Shown in pieces: positions 48,966 through 58,212 of a stretch of 64,000 nucleotides of DNA. The stretch is from positions 228,752 to 292,751 of the forward strand of contig JBBIIG010000001.1 of the NCBI GenBank assembly GCA_037446635.1, given 5' to 3'. This stretch comes from a bacterium (GTDB lineage Bacteria; Zhuqueibacterota; Zhuqueibacteria; Oceanimicrobiales; Oceanimicrobiaceae). How positions within the stretch are numbered: position 1 is the first letter of the stretch; each line of letters starts with the position of its first letter. Below the pieces are notes generated by a model that was not told the origin of the DNA, did no database searches, and saw only the letters and a program-made list of their open reading frames with translations. The position numbers and the translations under genes were made by a program.

Positions 48966-49499
48966 ATGAGAAACCTGAAGCTAAAGATATTACCCATACT
49001 GGCTTCAGTTTTAGCCATTCCATTTCCAGTTGAAGCACAAGTTAAAGTATCTCAAAGTGTATTTGGGAGTGGCAGTACAAAGACTGCAAGTCAAAATAAC
49101 CAAGTTGTTGGCACGGTTGGGCAGGCACTGATTGGCCAATCAAGCAGCACTACCAACATCATAAATGTGGGATTCTGGTATCAATCTGTTAGCTTAATTA
49201 CCAGTGTGGAACAAATCGAGAGTGATATACTGCCAGAAGAGTTTCGTCTGGAACAGAACTATCCAAATCCCTTCAACCCAACAACCACTATTCGATTTGC
49301 TCTGCCTCAGAAGTCAAAAGTCACATTAAGACTTTTTGATATAATTGGAAGAGAGGTGGTTACGTTGGTAGATGACGAATTGCCGACTGGAGAGTACAAA
49401 TTGGTTCTTGAAGCAGGTAACTTGTCAAGCGGCGTGTATTTCTATCGTCTTGAGACACCGGACTTTGTCATGACAAGAAAGCTCACACTACTTAAATAG
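48966..49499 (+). CDS. small secreted protein with T9SS type-A-like sorting domain (partner of fibre gene 2)
   Basis: Homologous along its length to 17445-17969; LEQNYPNPFNP..KLTLLK. Confidence 0.88.
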   Translation: MRNLKLKILPILASVLAIPFPVEAQVKVSQSVFGSGSTKTASQNNQVVGTVGQALIGQSSSTTNIINVGFWYQSVSLITSVEQIESDILPEEFRLEQNYPNPFNPTTTIRFALPQKSKVTLRLFDIIGREVVTLVDDELPTGEYKLVLEAGNLSSGVYFYRLETPDFVMTRKLTLLK

Positions 49500-49600
49500 T
49501 ATCAAATGACACACTGTTATATGATTTGCTCAGTCGACTGAGATGCTCGCTTCTTTAGTTAAGTGCTCTGAATGCTATAGCGGCTGTAACTTGTGTTTAT

Positions 49601-50923
49601 ATGGCTATTGAAAAACGTGATAAAAACTCTCTTCGACTCTATTTTCCTTTCAAATGTTCAGTAGAGGAATGTTCAGTAGAGGAGTGTAATATCTCTTATA
49701 AAAAATTTCGAGATAAGCTTTGTGCTATCTCGCGATCCTTGACTGGCTTGCGCTATGCAATTTGCATGTACCCTGAATGTGAGGCAAAAGAGCACCTTCT
49801 AGATGTACATCATATTCAATTTCAAAAGTATGGAGGTCAAAATGAAATTGATAACCTAATTCTATTCTGTCCAAATCATCATCGGGAAGCTCATCTGTAT
49901 GTTTTCCCTCCAGAATTCTGCTTCTATTTCAAAAAAGAGGGTAGCATACCTGCTTCCGTACTTGAACTTAGAGAGCTTCAATTGACCCAGCTATGGGAAA
50001 GGCTTGTTAATTTGTCTGAGTTTTCGGAATCTTATAGGGAGATGAATGTCTATGATAAACTCAAAAAGCTCTCGGAAATAGTATTAGCAGTATATGCCCA
50101 CCCATCATGCAAAGACGACCATGAGCTATGGTCGCATATCTTAGGCTGGTCACACACGGAACAAGCATGGTTATTGGTAGCATTAATTCCCGGAATATCT
50201 AATATGAAGAAAACCCACCGTATGCGGGATGTTATAAGTACTTTGGTTTCTGTCTCTTATAAGTACTGTAATAAGCACCGAGTTGACCACTTTGACCTCA
50301 TGTTAGAGGCCAAGAATGAGCATATATTAGCTGTTAATCATAATGCGAAACTTCAAATAGAATCAGCCTGCAAAAGAATCAAAAAATCATACAATACTAT
50401 AAAAATGGTTCGCGGTTCTTTGATGCCCGTAAGGATTGAAAAGTACCAAGCTCTTCTTCTACGACAAATGGCTGCTATTCTAGCAAAAGCAGCAGACCGA
50501 AAAGCAATAGATTATGCAGAACAAGGAATTAAACTGGCTCGCGATTCTTCTCAATTCGAAAAAATAGAGGCGGTTGCCAGATTATTAGACGCTTCTATGC
50601 TTCTTAGAGATTACTCGCTGAGTGAAAAGACGCAAAAGTTTCTTTTAAATATGGATGAGCCTCAAGAAGCTTTCGGAAAAATATTGCATCTTAGAAAGCT
50701 TGCAAATTGGCACCTTTCACAGGAGTCTTATCGTGAGGCAAGAAATCTCGCTGAGAAAGCACTCAATATAGCTGAAAGCAACAACCTATTACATCAACAC
50801 GATAAAATACAAAGTTTTTTACGAGCATGGGATCAAAGGAAAACTCTTTGTCACCACTGGGTTTTTAAAAAGTCTGATTGTCAAACTCAAAAGCCTTCAA
50901 AATTGCTCCTCTCTATTATTTGA
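49601..50923 (+). CDS. HNH endonuclease domain fused to a helical/TPR-like region
   Basis: CMYPEC..DVHHI..GGQNEIDNL..CPNHHREAH; AT-rich. Confidence 0.75.
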   Translation: MAIEKRDKNSLRLYFPFKCSVEECSVEECNISYKKFRDKLCAISRSLTGLRYAICMYPECEAKEHLLDVHHIQFQKYGGQNEIDNLILFCPNHHREAHLYVFPPEFCFYFKKEGSIPASVLELRELQLTQLWERLVNLSEFSESYREMNVYDKLKKLSEIVLAVYAHPSCKDDHELWSHILGWSHTEQAWLLVALIPGISNMKKTHRMRDVISTLVSVSYKYCNKHRVDHFDLMLEAKNEHILAVNHNAKLQIESACKRIKKSYNTIKMVRGSLMPVRIEKYQALLLRQMAAILAKAADRKAIDYAEQGIKLARDSSQFEKIEAVARLLDASMLLRDYSLSEKTQKFLLNMDEPQEAFGKILHLRKLANWHLSQESYREARNLAEKALNIAESNNLLHQHDKIQSFLRAWDQRKTLCHHWVFKKSDCQTQKPSKLLLSII

Positions 50924-50962
50924 AGACTTTGTGAAAATATAACAATTGAAGGAAATCCTTGC

Positions 50963-53185
50963 ATGAAACTCTTCTCCAACCTTAAAGGCGATCTTATGGG
51001 CGGCATCGCCACGTCGGTGATTGCGCTGCCATGGGCCATTGCGTTTGGCATCGTGGCATTCGCACCGCTGGGCAAAGAATACGTGGCGCAGGGCGCGCTC
51101 GCCGGCATCTATGGCGTGATCGTCGCAAGCTTTTTGGCGTGCCTGTTTGGCGGCACGCCCGGACAAATCTCGCTGCCCACCGCCGCGGTCTCCGTTATGA
51201 TCTCAACCATCATCGTCAATCTGCTCAAAACGCCGGAGATTGCCGCGTTGGGCGCCAATCAGGTTCCCGTCATCTTGATTTTGATTTCCATCACCGTGCT
51301 GTTTTCGAGCCTGCTGCAGGCGGTGCTCGGTTTGTTGGGCGGCGGTAAGTTCATCAAATTTATCCCCTACCCCGTCATCGCCGGCATCATGAATGGCATC
51401 GCCATCATCGTTTTTTTGGGACAGCTTCGTCCGCTGTTAGGCGTCCCCAATCAAACCGGACTGATGGACATTCTCACCTTCAACGCGCCAATCCAGTTTG
51501 AGACGCTCATCGTTGGCGTGGTGACGATGCTCATTCTCATCTTCGCCAAAAGAATTACGCGCGCCATCCCCAGCTCGCTCATTGCGCTGCTCGGAGGAAT
51601 TTTCGTTTACGTGCTGCTCGGAAAATTTGTGAATCCCGACCTTTTGAAATTGGAAGGCAATCCGCTGATTTTAGGCGCCATCCCCAGCGGCATTCCCACG
51701 CCCAAACAAATCGCGAGCTTTTTCAGCGTGCAGGAATTCATCACCCTGAAGTTGATCAGCAAGTTGCTGATCCCGGCGCTCACCCTCGGCATCCTCTCGT
51801 CCATCGACACCCTGCTCGATTGCGTGGTCACGGACATGCAGACGCACGGCAAGCACGACAGCCGCAAGGAGCTGCTGGCGCAGGGCATCGGCAACACCGC
51901 CGCGGCAGTTTTTGGCTCGCTGCCGGTGGCGGCGCAGACCCTCGCGACCGCGGTGAACTTGCGCAGCGGCGGCAAAACCGCGCTGGCCGGCATGATTAAC
52001 AGCGCGACCGTATTTCTGATCGTGATGTTTTTGGGCGGCCTCGTGCAGTGGATTCCGATGTCGGTGCTGGCGGCGATTCTGCTGGTGACCGCCTACAACA
52101 TGATCGAGTTCGAGAGCATCAGCCTGTCGATGAAAAAATCGGCCATCGGCAATTTGCTGGTGATCGCGGCGGTCACGTTCATCAGCGTCGCCATCGATGC
52201 GATTCTCGCGGTGATGGTGGGCTTGATCATCACGGCCTTCCTGTTCATCAAAGAGCAGATCAGCAAGTCGGTGGTGCGGCGGACGTATTCGGGGAATCTC
52301 GTGCACTCCAAAAAAATTCGCTCCAAAGAGGCGATGGAAATTCTGGAAAAGAAGGGTGAATCTATCAAAATTTATGAGTTGAATGGCTCGCTGTTTTTCG
52401 GCACTTGCGACAAGTTGCAAAACGAATTGGAAAAAGATTTGAACGCTTTTTGCATTATCCTCGATTTCAAACGGGTGCATACCATCGACCTGACCGGCGC
52501 GCAATTGTTGAAACAGATCGTTGATCGCGTGCATGAGAAAAACAACTATCTGCTGCTGAGCCACGTGGACATGCCCGGCGACGCGGAAAAAGAGCGGCTC
52601 AAAAAATTGATGACCGATGCCGGAGTATTCAAAGCCATCGGCGAGGATTTCATCTTCTCCGATCTCGATCATGCCGAGCAATGGGCCGAGGACGCGCTCA
52701 TTCAACGGGAGATGGAAGCGGCAAATTTGTTAAAACAAAAAGTAGCGCTAAAAAGCTTGACCATGTTCAAAGACTTGAACGACGAGCAGATCGAAATGGT
52801 GAGGGGACGTTTGCAGCCGTTGACCTTCCAAAAAAACGACGTCATCTTCAAAGAGGGGGATCCCGGCGACAAGATTTATTTTATTCTTTCCGGTCAAGTG
52901 AGCGTGCTGACCAGCATCTCGATGAATGGCGGCCGCGATCGTCGGCTGGCGACCTTCGGCGAGGGTGTGTTCTTCGGCGACATGGCGATTCTCGAAGGCC
53001 GGCCGCGCTCCGCTACCGTCCGCGCCGACGAAGAAACCGAGCTGCTGTACATGACCATCGCTGATTTTCAACATTTGATCGACAATGAGCCGCTGATTGC
53101 CTCGCGCATGTTATTGGGGATGGCACGCGAGCTTTCCTATCGCCTGCGGCTGACAACGATTGAGGTGCGCACGTTGGCGGAGTAG
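50963..53185 (+). CDS. SulP transporter-STAS-cNMP fusion, copy 2
   Basis: Colinear paralogue of 45423-47639. Confidence 0.92.
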   Translation: MKLFSNLKGDLMGGIATSVIALPWAIAFGIVAFAPLGKEYVAQGALAGIYGVIVASFLACLFGGTPGQISLPTAAVSVMISTIIVNLLKTPEIAALGANQVPVILILISITVLFSSLLQAVLGLLGGGKFIKFIPYPVIAGIMNGIAIIVFLGQLRPLLGVPNQTGLMDILTFNAPIQFETLIVGVVTMLILIFAKRITRAIPSSLIALLGGIFVYVLLGKFVNPDLLKLEGNPLILGAIPSGIPTPKQIASFFSVQEFITLKLISKLLIPALTLGILSSIDTLLDCVVTDMQTHGKHDSRKELLAQGIGNTAAAVFGSLPVAAQTLATAVNLRSGGKTALAGMINSATVFLIVMFLGGLVQWIPMSVLAAILLVTAYNMIEFESISLSMKKSAIGNLLVIAAVTFISVAIDAILAVMVGLIITAFLFIKEQISKSVVRRTYSGNLVHSKKIRSKEAMEILEKKGESIKIYELNGSLFFGTCDKLQNELEKDLNAFCIILDFKRVHTIDLTGAQLLKQIVDRVHEKNNYLLLSHVDMPGDAEKERLKKLMTDAGVFKAIGEDFIFSDLDHAEQWAEDALIQREMEAANLLKQKVALKSLTMFKDLNDEQIEMVRGRLQPLTFQKNDVIFKEGDPGDKIYFILSGQVSVLTSISMNGGRDRRLATFGEGVFFGDMAILEGRPRSATVRADEETELLYMTIADFQHLIDNEPLIASRMLLGMARELSYRLRLTTIEVRTLAE

Positions 53186-53191
53186 CTATTC

Positions 53192-53238
53192 ACCGATTCC
53201 ATCCCGAAGAGTCGGGATGGAATCGGTTCTCTCTTTTT
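53192..53238 (+). terminator. hairpin / intrinsic terminator
   Basis: ACCGATTCCATCCCGA-agag-TCGGGATGGAATCGGT followed by a pyrimidine/T tract. Confidence 0.65.
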
Positions 53239-53287
53239 ATAGCAACCGACCCCTTGCTTTTCTCCAACAGAAGTTTAACTTGTAGTT

Positions 53288-53577
53288 ATGCAGAAACGGG
53301 TGCGTTTCGAATGGGACGAGAAAAAGAACCAGGAGAATATCAACAAACATGGCGTCTCATTTTATGTTGCTCAATACGCATTCGCAGACTCTAATCGTGT
53401 CATTCTCGAAGACCTAAAACACAGCGAGTATGAAAAGCGCTACTACTGCATTGGCAGATTTGAGGGAGAATCATAACCGTTCGTTTCACATACCGAAAGA
53501 AAATTATTAGAATATTTGGCGCCGGCTACTGGCGAAAGGGCAAGAAAATTTATGAAGAAAAAAATAAAATACACTGA
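53288..53577 (+). pseudogene. brnT: BrnT-family toxin, frameshifted
   Basis: FEWDEKKNQENINKHGVSF..HSEYEKR stops at 53476; another frame continues IITVRFTYRKKIIRIFGAGYWRKG to TGA at 53577 (1-nt deletion near 53468). Confidence 0.8.
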
Positions 53578-53785
53578 TGAACCAATGGATGATGTGAAAA
53601 TCATCTCGGATTTCCTGCCATCTCCCGAAGAACTCGTTTTCAAAGAGCGAACGGTCAAGGTAACCCTCGCGTTAAGCAAACAGAGTATAGACTTTTTCAA
53701 AAGACAGGCAAGTCATCATAAAACCCAGTACCAGAAACTGATTCGTCGGCTACTCGATGAGTACGTGAACAGACAAACATCTTAG
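53552..53785 (+). CDS. BrnA/CopG-like antitoxin
   Basis: MKKKIKYTDEP..DFLPSPEEL..VKVTLALS..FFK..YQKLIRRLLD.Y. Confidence 0.8.
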   Translation: MKKKIKYTDEPMDDVKIISDFLPSPEELVFKERTVKVTLALSKQSIDFFKRQASHHKTQYQKLIRRLLDEYVNRQTS

Positions 53786-53863
53786 TGGGGGTCTATTGGG
53801 ATTGGGCTAGTTGGCGCGGATCCTTTGGCTGAATTCTGTGAACTGTGCGTTGTTCTATAGTAT

Positions 53864-54097
53864 ATGAAAACATGCTCTAATTGCCGTTCTGAGATGATTA
53901 CCGGAACTGCCGATCTAAACTTTAGTCGCAATGGTTTGAATATTCGAGTCAAAAACGTGCCGGCTTTTGTTTGTACTCAATGCGATAACAAAACGCTCAC
54001 CGCCAATGTGGCGCTCTACATCGATCAAATTGTGCAGACGCTTTTCGAAACGGAACAGCCTATTCGTGTTCGAGAACTGGTACTAGAAGCTGCATAA
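53864..54097 (+). CDS. YgiT/MqsA-type zinc-finger protein
   Basis: CSNC..VKNVPAFVCTQC. Confidence 0.78.
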   Translation: MKTCSNCRSEMITGTADLNFSRNGLNIRVKNVPAFVCTQCDNKTLTANVALYIDQIVQTLFETEQPIRVRELVLEAA

Positions 54098-54100
54098 ATT

Positions 54101-54370
54101 ATGAGTCTCTCAAAAATACCACCGACACATCCCAGTGAGATTCTCAAAGAAGAATTTCTCGATGAGATGAATTACACAGTACAAATTAGCCACAGACATC
54201 AGTGTTCCGCCGCGGCGAATCAATGAAATTGTGCAGGGCAAACGTTCAATTACCGCCGATACAGCTCTCCGGCTCGGGCGCTACTTTGGCATCTCTCCGC
54301 AATTCTGGACCAATCTGCAGGCTCACTACGATTTTGGAGATCGAGATCGATCGATTAGGCAAAAGATAGG
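54101..54370 (+). pseudogene. higA: HigA-family antitoxin, frameshifted
   Basis: MSLSKIPPTHPSEILKEEFL in one frame; QYKLATDISVPPRRINEIVQGKRSITADTALRLGRYFG..QFWTNLQ in another. Confidence 0.8.
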
Positions 54371-54677
54371 AATCGCAAGTACGGACGATAGAGGTGCGGA
54401 CGCTGGCGAAGGGAGGAGAGATTTAGCTAAGGGAACAATAAAGTGGTATTTGAATGGTTAGTTGGCGGGAAGGGTTGACGAGCTTTTTTTGAATTCCCTG
54501 GAGAATATCATCAAGCAGGCATCACAATTTTGTGTCATCTGCGGAGGTACTGGCCATCTTGAGTTTTTAGATCGCAAATGTAATATTTGGGATGGCAAAA
54601 TGTGTTACGACCGGTAATTCTCATTTAGCCTGAATAGCTGCGTGAATTCCAGCGAATCGATTCAACTAAAATAACAA

Positions 54678-55595
54678 TCACAAATTTGGCTGCGCCTGTT
54701 CTTGCAAAAAAGCCGCCACTTCGTCCATCGTTGGAATTCCTGCTCGCCCCCCTAAACTCCGGCATTTCATCGCCGCGGCGGCGGATGCAAATTCCAAAAT
54801 CTTTGGCAGCGACCAGCCCTGCGCCAGTCCTACCATGAACGCTCCGTGAAAGACGTCGCCGGCGCCGGTGGTGTCCACCACGTCGACTTTAAAAGCGGGC
54901 TGGTGGAATTCCTGATCCGACGTTTTACAGTAAGCGCCGCTTGCGCCCGCTGTCACGATGACATTGCCGCCTATCTGTTGATGAAACCGGCGCGCCGCGC
55001 GAACAGGATTGGAAGCGTCGGTGACCGCTTCGGCAAACTTTCGTGAGGCGATAATGTAATCGGCATAACGCAGCGTGTGGCCAAATCCGGACGTAAAGCG
55101 TTCGGCATCGACCACAACCAGACCGCCGCTCTCATGAATCCACTCGGCTGCAGCCCAGCCCGCTTTGACGTGAAAGTGATCGAGAAATAGAATTCGACTG
55201 CTGCGGATAATTTCAGGATCGATTTCTTCCGGTTTGATTTCAAATTCATCCCAGTGCCAGGTGATGCGGCGTTCGCCGGTTCCTTTTTCCGCGTGGATGA
55301 ACGACAGCGGCGGCTGTACGCGTTCATCTATTAAAGTGTGAGAGACATCAACGCTATATTTTCGAAACTCCTCGAGCAAAAACGTGCTGTACTCATCGCG
55401 GCCCAATTTGCCGAGATAAGCCACGCGGGCGCCCAACCGGCCGGCGGTCGCCAGCGCCGTGCCGGTGAGGCCGCCGCCCTGTTTGGAAAATGCCTCCATC
55501 CGCACTTTTTGATCCGCGGTGGGATAGTTAGCCACCAGTCCCACAAAATCGACCGTGCAAATTCCGAAGCCCACTACGTCGAACACTTTGGACAT
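54678..55595 (-). CDS. PfkB-family carbohydrate kinase
   Basis: GGG..GTA, VTAGASG, VDTTGAGDVFHG. Confidence 0.92.
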   Translation of the reverse strand: MSKVFDVVGFGICTVDFVGLVANYPTADQKVRMEAFSKQGGGLTGTALATAGRLGARVAYLGKLGRDEYSTFLLEEFRKYSVDVSHTLIDERVQPPLSFIHAEKGTGERRITWHWDEFEIKPEEIDPEIIRSSRILFLDHFHVKAGWAAAEWIHESGGLVVVDAERFTSGFGHTLRYADYIIASRKFAEAVTDASNPVRAARRFHQQIGGNVIVTAGASGAYCKTSDQEFHQPAFKVDVVDTTGAGDVFHGAFMVGLAQGWSLPKILEFASAAAAMKCRSLGGRAGIPTMDEVAAFLQEQAQPNL

Positions 55596-55606
55596 GATGA
55601 AAAAAA

Positions 55607-57199
55607 TTAGTTGTTGTTGGTGGCGGGAAAGGCGGTTTTAACTTCTTCCAGCGCAATGAACATGTCATCGCGTTTCTTTCCGTCCACGGCGGTGAGGAAT
55701 TTTATTAACCAATCACGATAAGGCTCAAAGATCGGATGCTGGGTGATGTAGTGCTGCATCCCGGCGGGGTTAAATTCAATCTTGAAATTATCTGGCTGCG
55801 CTTTGATCAACTCCAGTAGGCCATCCAGCTTCGCCGGAACGGCGGCGGGATTTTTGAGCGCGATGAGATCAGCTATCTCAATGATGCGCATGACGGAATG
55901 GACGAGCGGGCTGTAATCTTGGTTGTCGATAAACAGCGCGATCTGCGACTGCGCCTCCTGAAATTTGCCGGTGGTAAAATATTTTTCAACCAACTTGACC
56001 TGCTCTAGCAAATCATTGGGATTGTTTTTCAACCACTCCTGGTTGAGCTTGAAGGCGAGGTCAAAATTGAACAAAACTTTTTGGTACAATTCGCTGGCGG
56101 TGCGATAAGCCAATTGGTTTTTGGGAATCACCTTCAAGACGTTGGTGTAGCACTCCGCTACTTTCGGCCAGTCTTTCATAAAATAATAAACCGACGCCAG
56201 GTTGTTCTGGGTGCTGGCCCACTCCTGCGGATAAGCTTCAAACGTGCGAACTTCCAGAGCCGCGCGATAGGCTTGGATAGCATCTAACAGCAATCGCAAA
56301 CCGGTTTCGCCGCCTGCACGCATGCCCTGCTCGGCCAAAGCGGTGCCGAGATTATTTTGGATTTTGGCCCATTGCAGCGGCGCGTGCGATCGTGTAATTA
56401 CTTCGAGAGACTTTTTCAGGGTCTCGGCGCCCTCGACCAGCAATTTGTCTCCCGCCGCGCCCTCGGTGCGCAAGCCCTGGGAGATCAAGGTTGCTCCCAA
56501 ATTGCTTTGACACTCCGCCCACTGCTGGGGATAGGCCTCGCGCGTGAACACCTCCAACGCCCGGCGAAACGCCTCGGTGGAATTGCTAAATAATTGCTCG
56601 CTGTCTTTGCCGCTGGTAAGCAGCGCCAGCTCGGAATAGACCTGTCCCAGCTCGAGTATCGTACCTGCCCAGGTTTGGGGAAAATCCTTGCGGGAGGTGT
56701 AGGTGGCGGCGTTCTGAAAAAGACTCACTGCCGCGACCAAATCATTTTTGAACAGAGAAGCACGCGCCGCCAATCGCAAATACTGAGCGCCCTCGCGAAT
56801 CAGATCATGGGCTAACTGATTTTTTTCTTTGAATTGGTTGGCTTGCGCCGCTTTCGCCACAGCCGCCTGGTTAAAATGTTCCACCGCCTGATCAAAATTC
56901 TTTTTGTAAAATGCCGCCAGGCCAAGTTTGTATGAATCCTCGCCTCTCTCTGCCGTGGAAATCCAGCGAGCGATTTCCGCTTCGGCCTGGCTGAGAGTGA
57001 AGCCGTTCGCTTTGGCCCAGTCGCTGATATAGAGACTAAAGTTGATCTTATCCGGAGTTTTGCTGGCGCTGATTTGCTCTTTGGCTTTTTCGGTGAGGTT
57101 TAGCAAGAATTGTTCGACGCGGTCCGGGGTTTGGGCGAAAACTAAACCTGACCATAGTAAAATGAAGGCAATCGATTTGCTGACAGTCACCATAATCAT
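55607..57199 (-). CDS. TPR-repeat protein with putative signal peptide
   Basis: Repeats of ALEV.TR..YPQ.WA..QNNLG. Confidence 0.85.
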   Translation of the reverse strand: MIMVTVSKSIAFILLWSGLVFAQTPDRVEQFLLNLTEKAKEQISASKTPDKINFSLYISDWAKANGFTLSQAEAEIARWISTAERGEDSYKLGLAAFYKKNFDQAVEHFNQAAVAKAAQANQFKEKNQLAHDLIREGAQYLRLAARASLFKNDLVAAVSLFQNAATYTSRKDFPQTWAGTILELGQVYSELALLTSGKDSEQLFSNSTEAFRRALEVFTREAYPQQWAECQSNLGATLISQGLRTEGAAGDKLLVEGAETLKKSLEVITRSHAPLQWAKIQNNLGTALAEQGMRAGGETGLRLLLDAIQAYRAALEVRTFEAYPQEWASTQNNLASVYYFMKDWPKVAECYTNVLKVIPKNQLAYRTASELYQKVLFNFDLAFKLNQEWLKNNPNDLLEQVKLVEKYFTTGKFQEAQSQIALFIDNQDYSPLVHSVMRIIEIADLIALKNPAAVPAKLDGLLELIKAQPDNFKIEFNPAGMQHYITQHPIFEPYRDWLIKFLTAVDGKKRDDMFIALEEVKTAFPATNNN

Positions 57200-57201
57200 T
57201 G

Positions 57202-58212
57202 TTAATAATTTACCCGAATTTGGTACCTAAATAATTCTTCAAAGAAGTCGTTCTTTTTGACTTCGTTTTGAAGAATGTCAATTAAATTGTAAACTTTGCG
57301 CACTTGGCCATCCTGCTTAATTTGATCAAGAACTGCTTGCGTAAAGCAACTTGCTAAATAGATGGTCTCGCAACGCGGGTTTTCTGATAATGCTTTGCCG
57401 AACGATTTCTTTGCCTCGCCATAACGAGTTTGAGCGCCGGCTTTATCCATACTCCCTTTTATTTCAATCGCGACTTGCAGAGACCCTTTGGCGTCACGAA
57501 TGGCAACATCCGGTTCAGATGCAAAAACAATTTCCCAATTATTAATCAATTTTACAACTCTTTGTTTTCTTTTTGTACCGCCAGCATCAATTGAAACCTT
57601 TTGCAGTGATTTAATCAATTTCTTTTGACGAGCAAAATCAACTATCAATTCTTCAACTTGTTTTGCGGCGCCTGAGCCAATGATGTTTACCCATGTTCCT
57701 TGAATTTCGGAACCCAACTCCGCAAAGAGAACTTTATCTGGACTTTGCTCAGAAAAGGATTTTTCGCTGACAATAACCTGGCTCAAAATTCCATTAATAA
57801 CTTTGCTCACGGCTAAGGGTTTTTCTTTTGAAGTCAGTCCTCGTCCGGATAAAATTTGTGAGAGTCCTTTTTGCGAAAGAGCGGCAATGTTACGATAATA
57901 ATCAATCAAATCGGGATCGGAAATTAAAATATCAGGATGGCAAAAAATTTCATGAGTCGAAAGTTTTAGCGCAGTAATTTTATCAATTGCTTCCTCTGAA
58001 ATATTTAGATCCTCATAATCCCAGTTCAAAGATGAAGAGTCAATCGCTTTCAAATTCGTCTGTAGCTTGTCAATATTTTTAGAGTGAACTTTTTGATAAA
58101 AAAGCTTGGCGCGAGAGGTGTGCGCCTTTTCAAGGGCTTGAATTAATATCTCATCTTTGAGCGATTCAGATTTCCGCGCCACCAATTTTTCTCCAAAAAA
58201 CAATCGTCTCAC
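57202..58212 (-). CDS. type II restriction endonuclease, XcyI-family-like
   Basis: PD-(D/E)xK core EPDVAI..AIEIKG..RYGEAKKS; overlaps the MTase gene; AT-rich; start uncertain. Confidence 0.7.
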   Translation of the reverse strand: MRRLFFGEKLVARKSESLKDEILIQALEKAHTSRAKLFYQKVHSKNIDKLQTNLKAIDSSSLNWDYEDLNISEEAIDKITALKLSTHEIFCHPDILISDPDLIDYYRNIAALSQKGLSQILSGRGLTSKEKPLAVSKVINGILSQVIVSEKSFSEQSPDKVLFAELGSEIQGTWVNIIGSGAAKQVEELIVDFARQKKLIKSLQKVSIDAGGTKRKQRVVKLINNWEIVFASEPDVAIRDAKGSLQVAIEIKGSMDKAGAQTRYGEAKKSFGKALSENPRCETIYLASCFTQAVLDQIKQDGQVRKVYNLIDILQNEVKKNDFFEELFRYQIRVNY

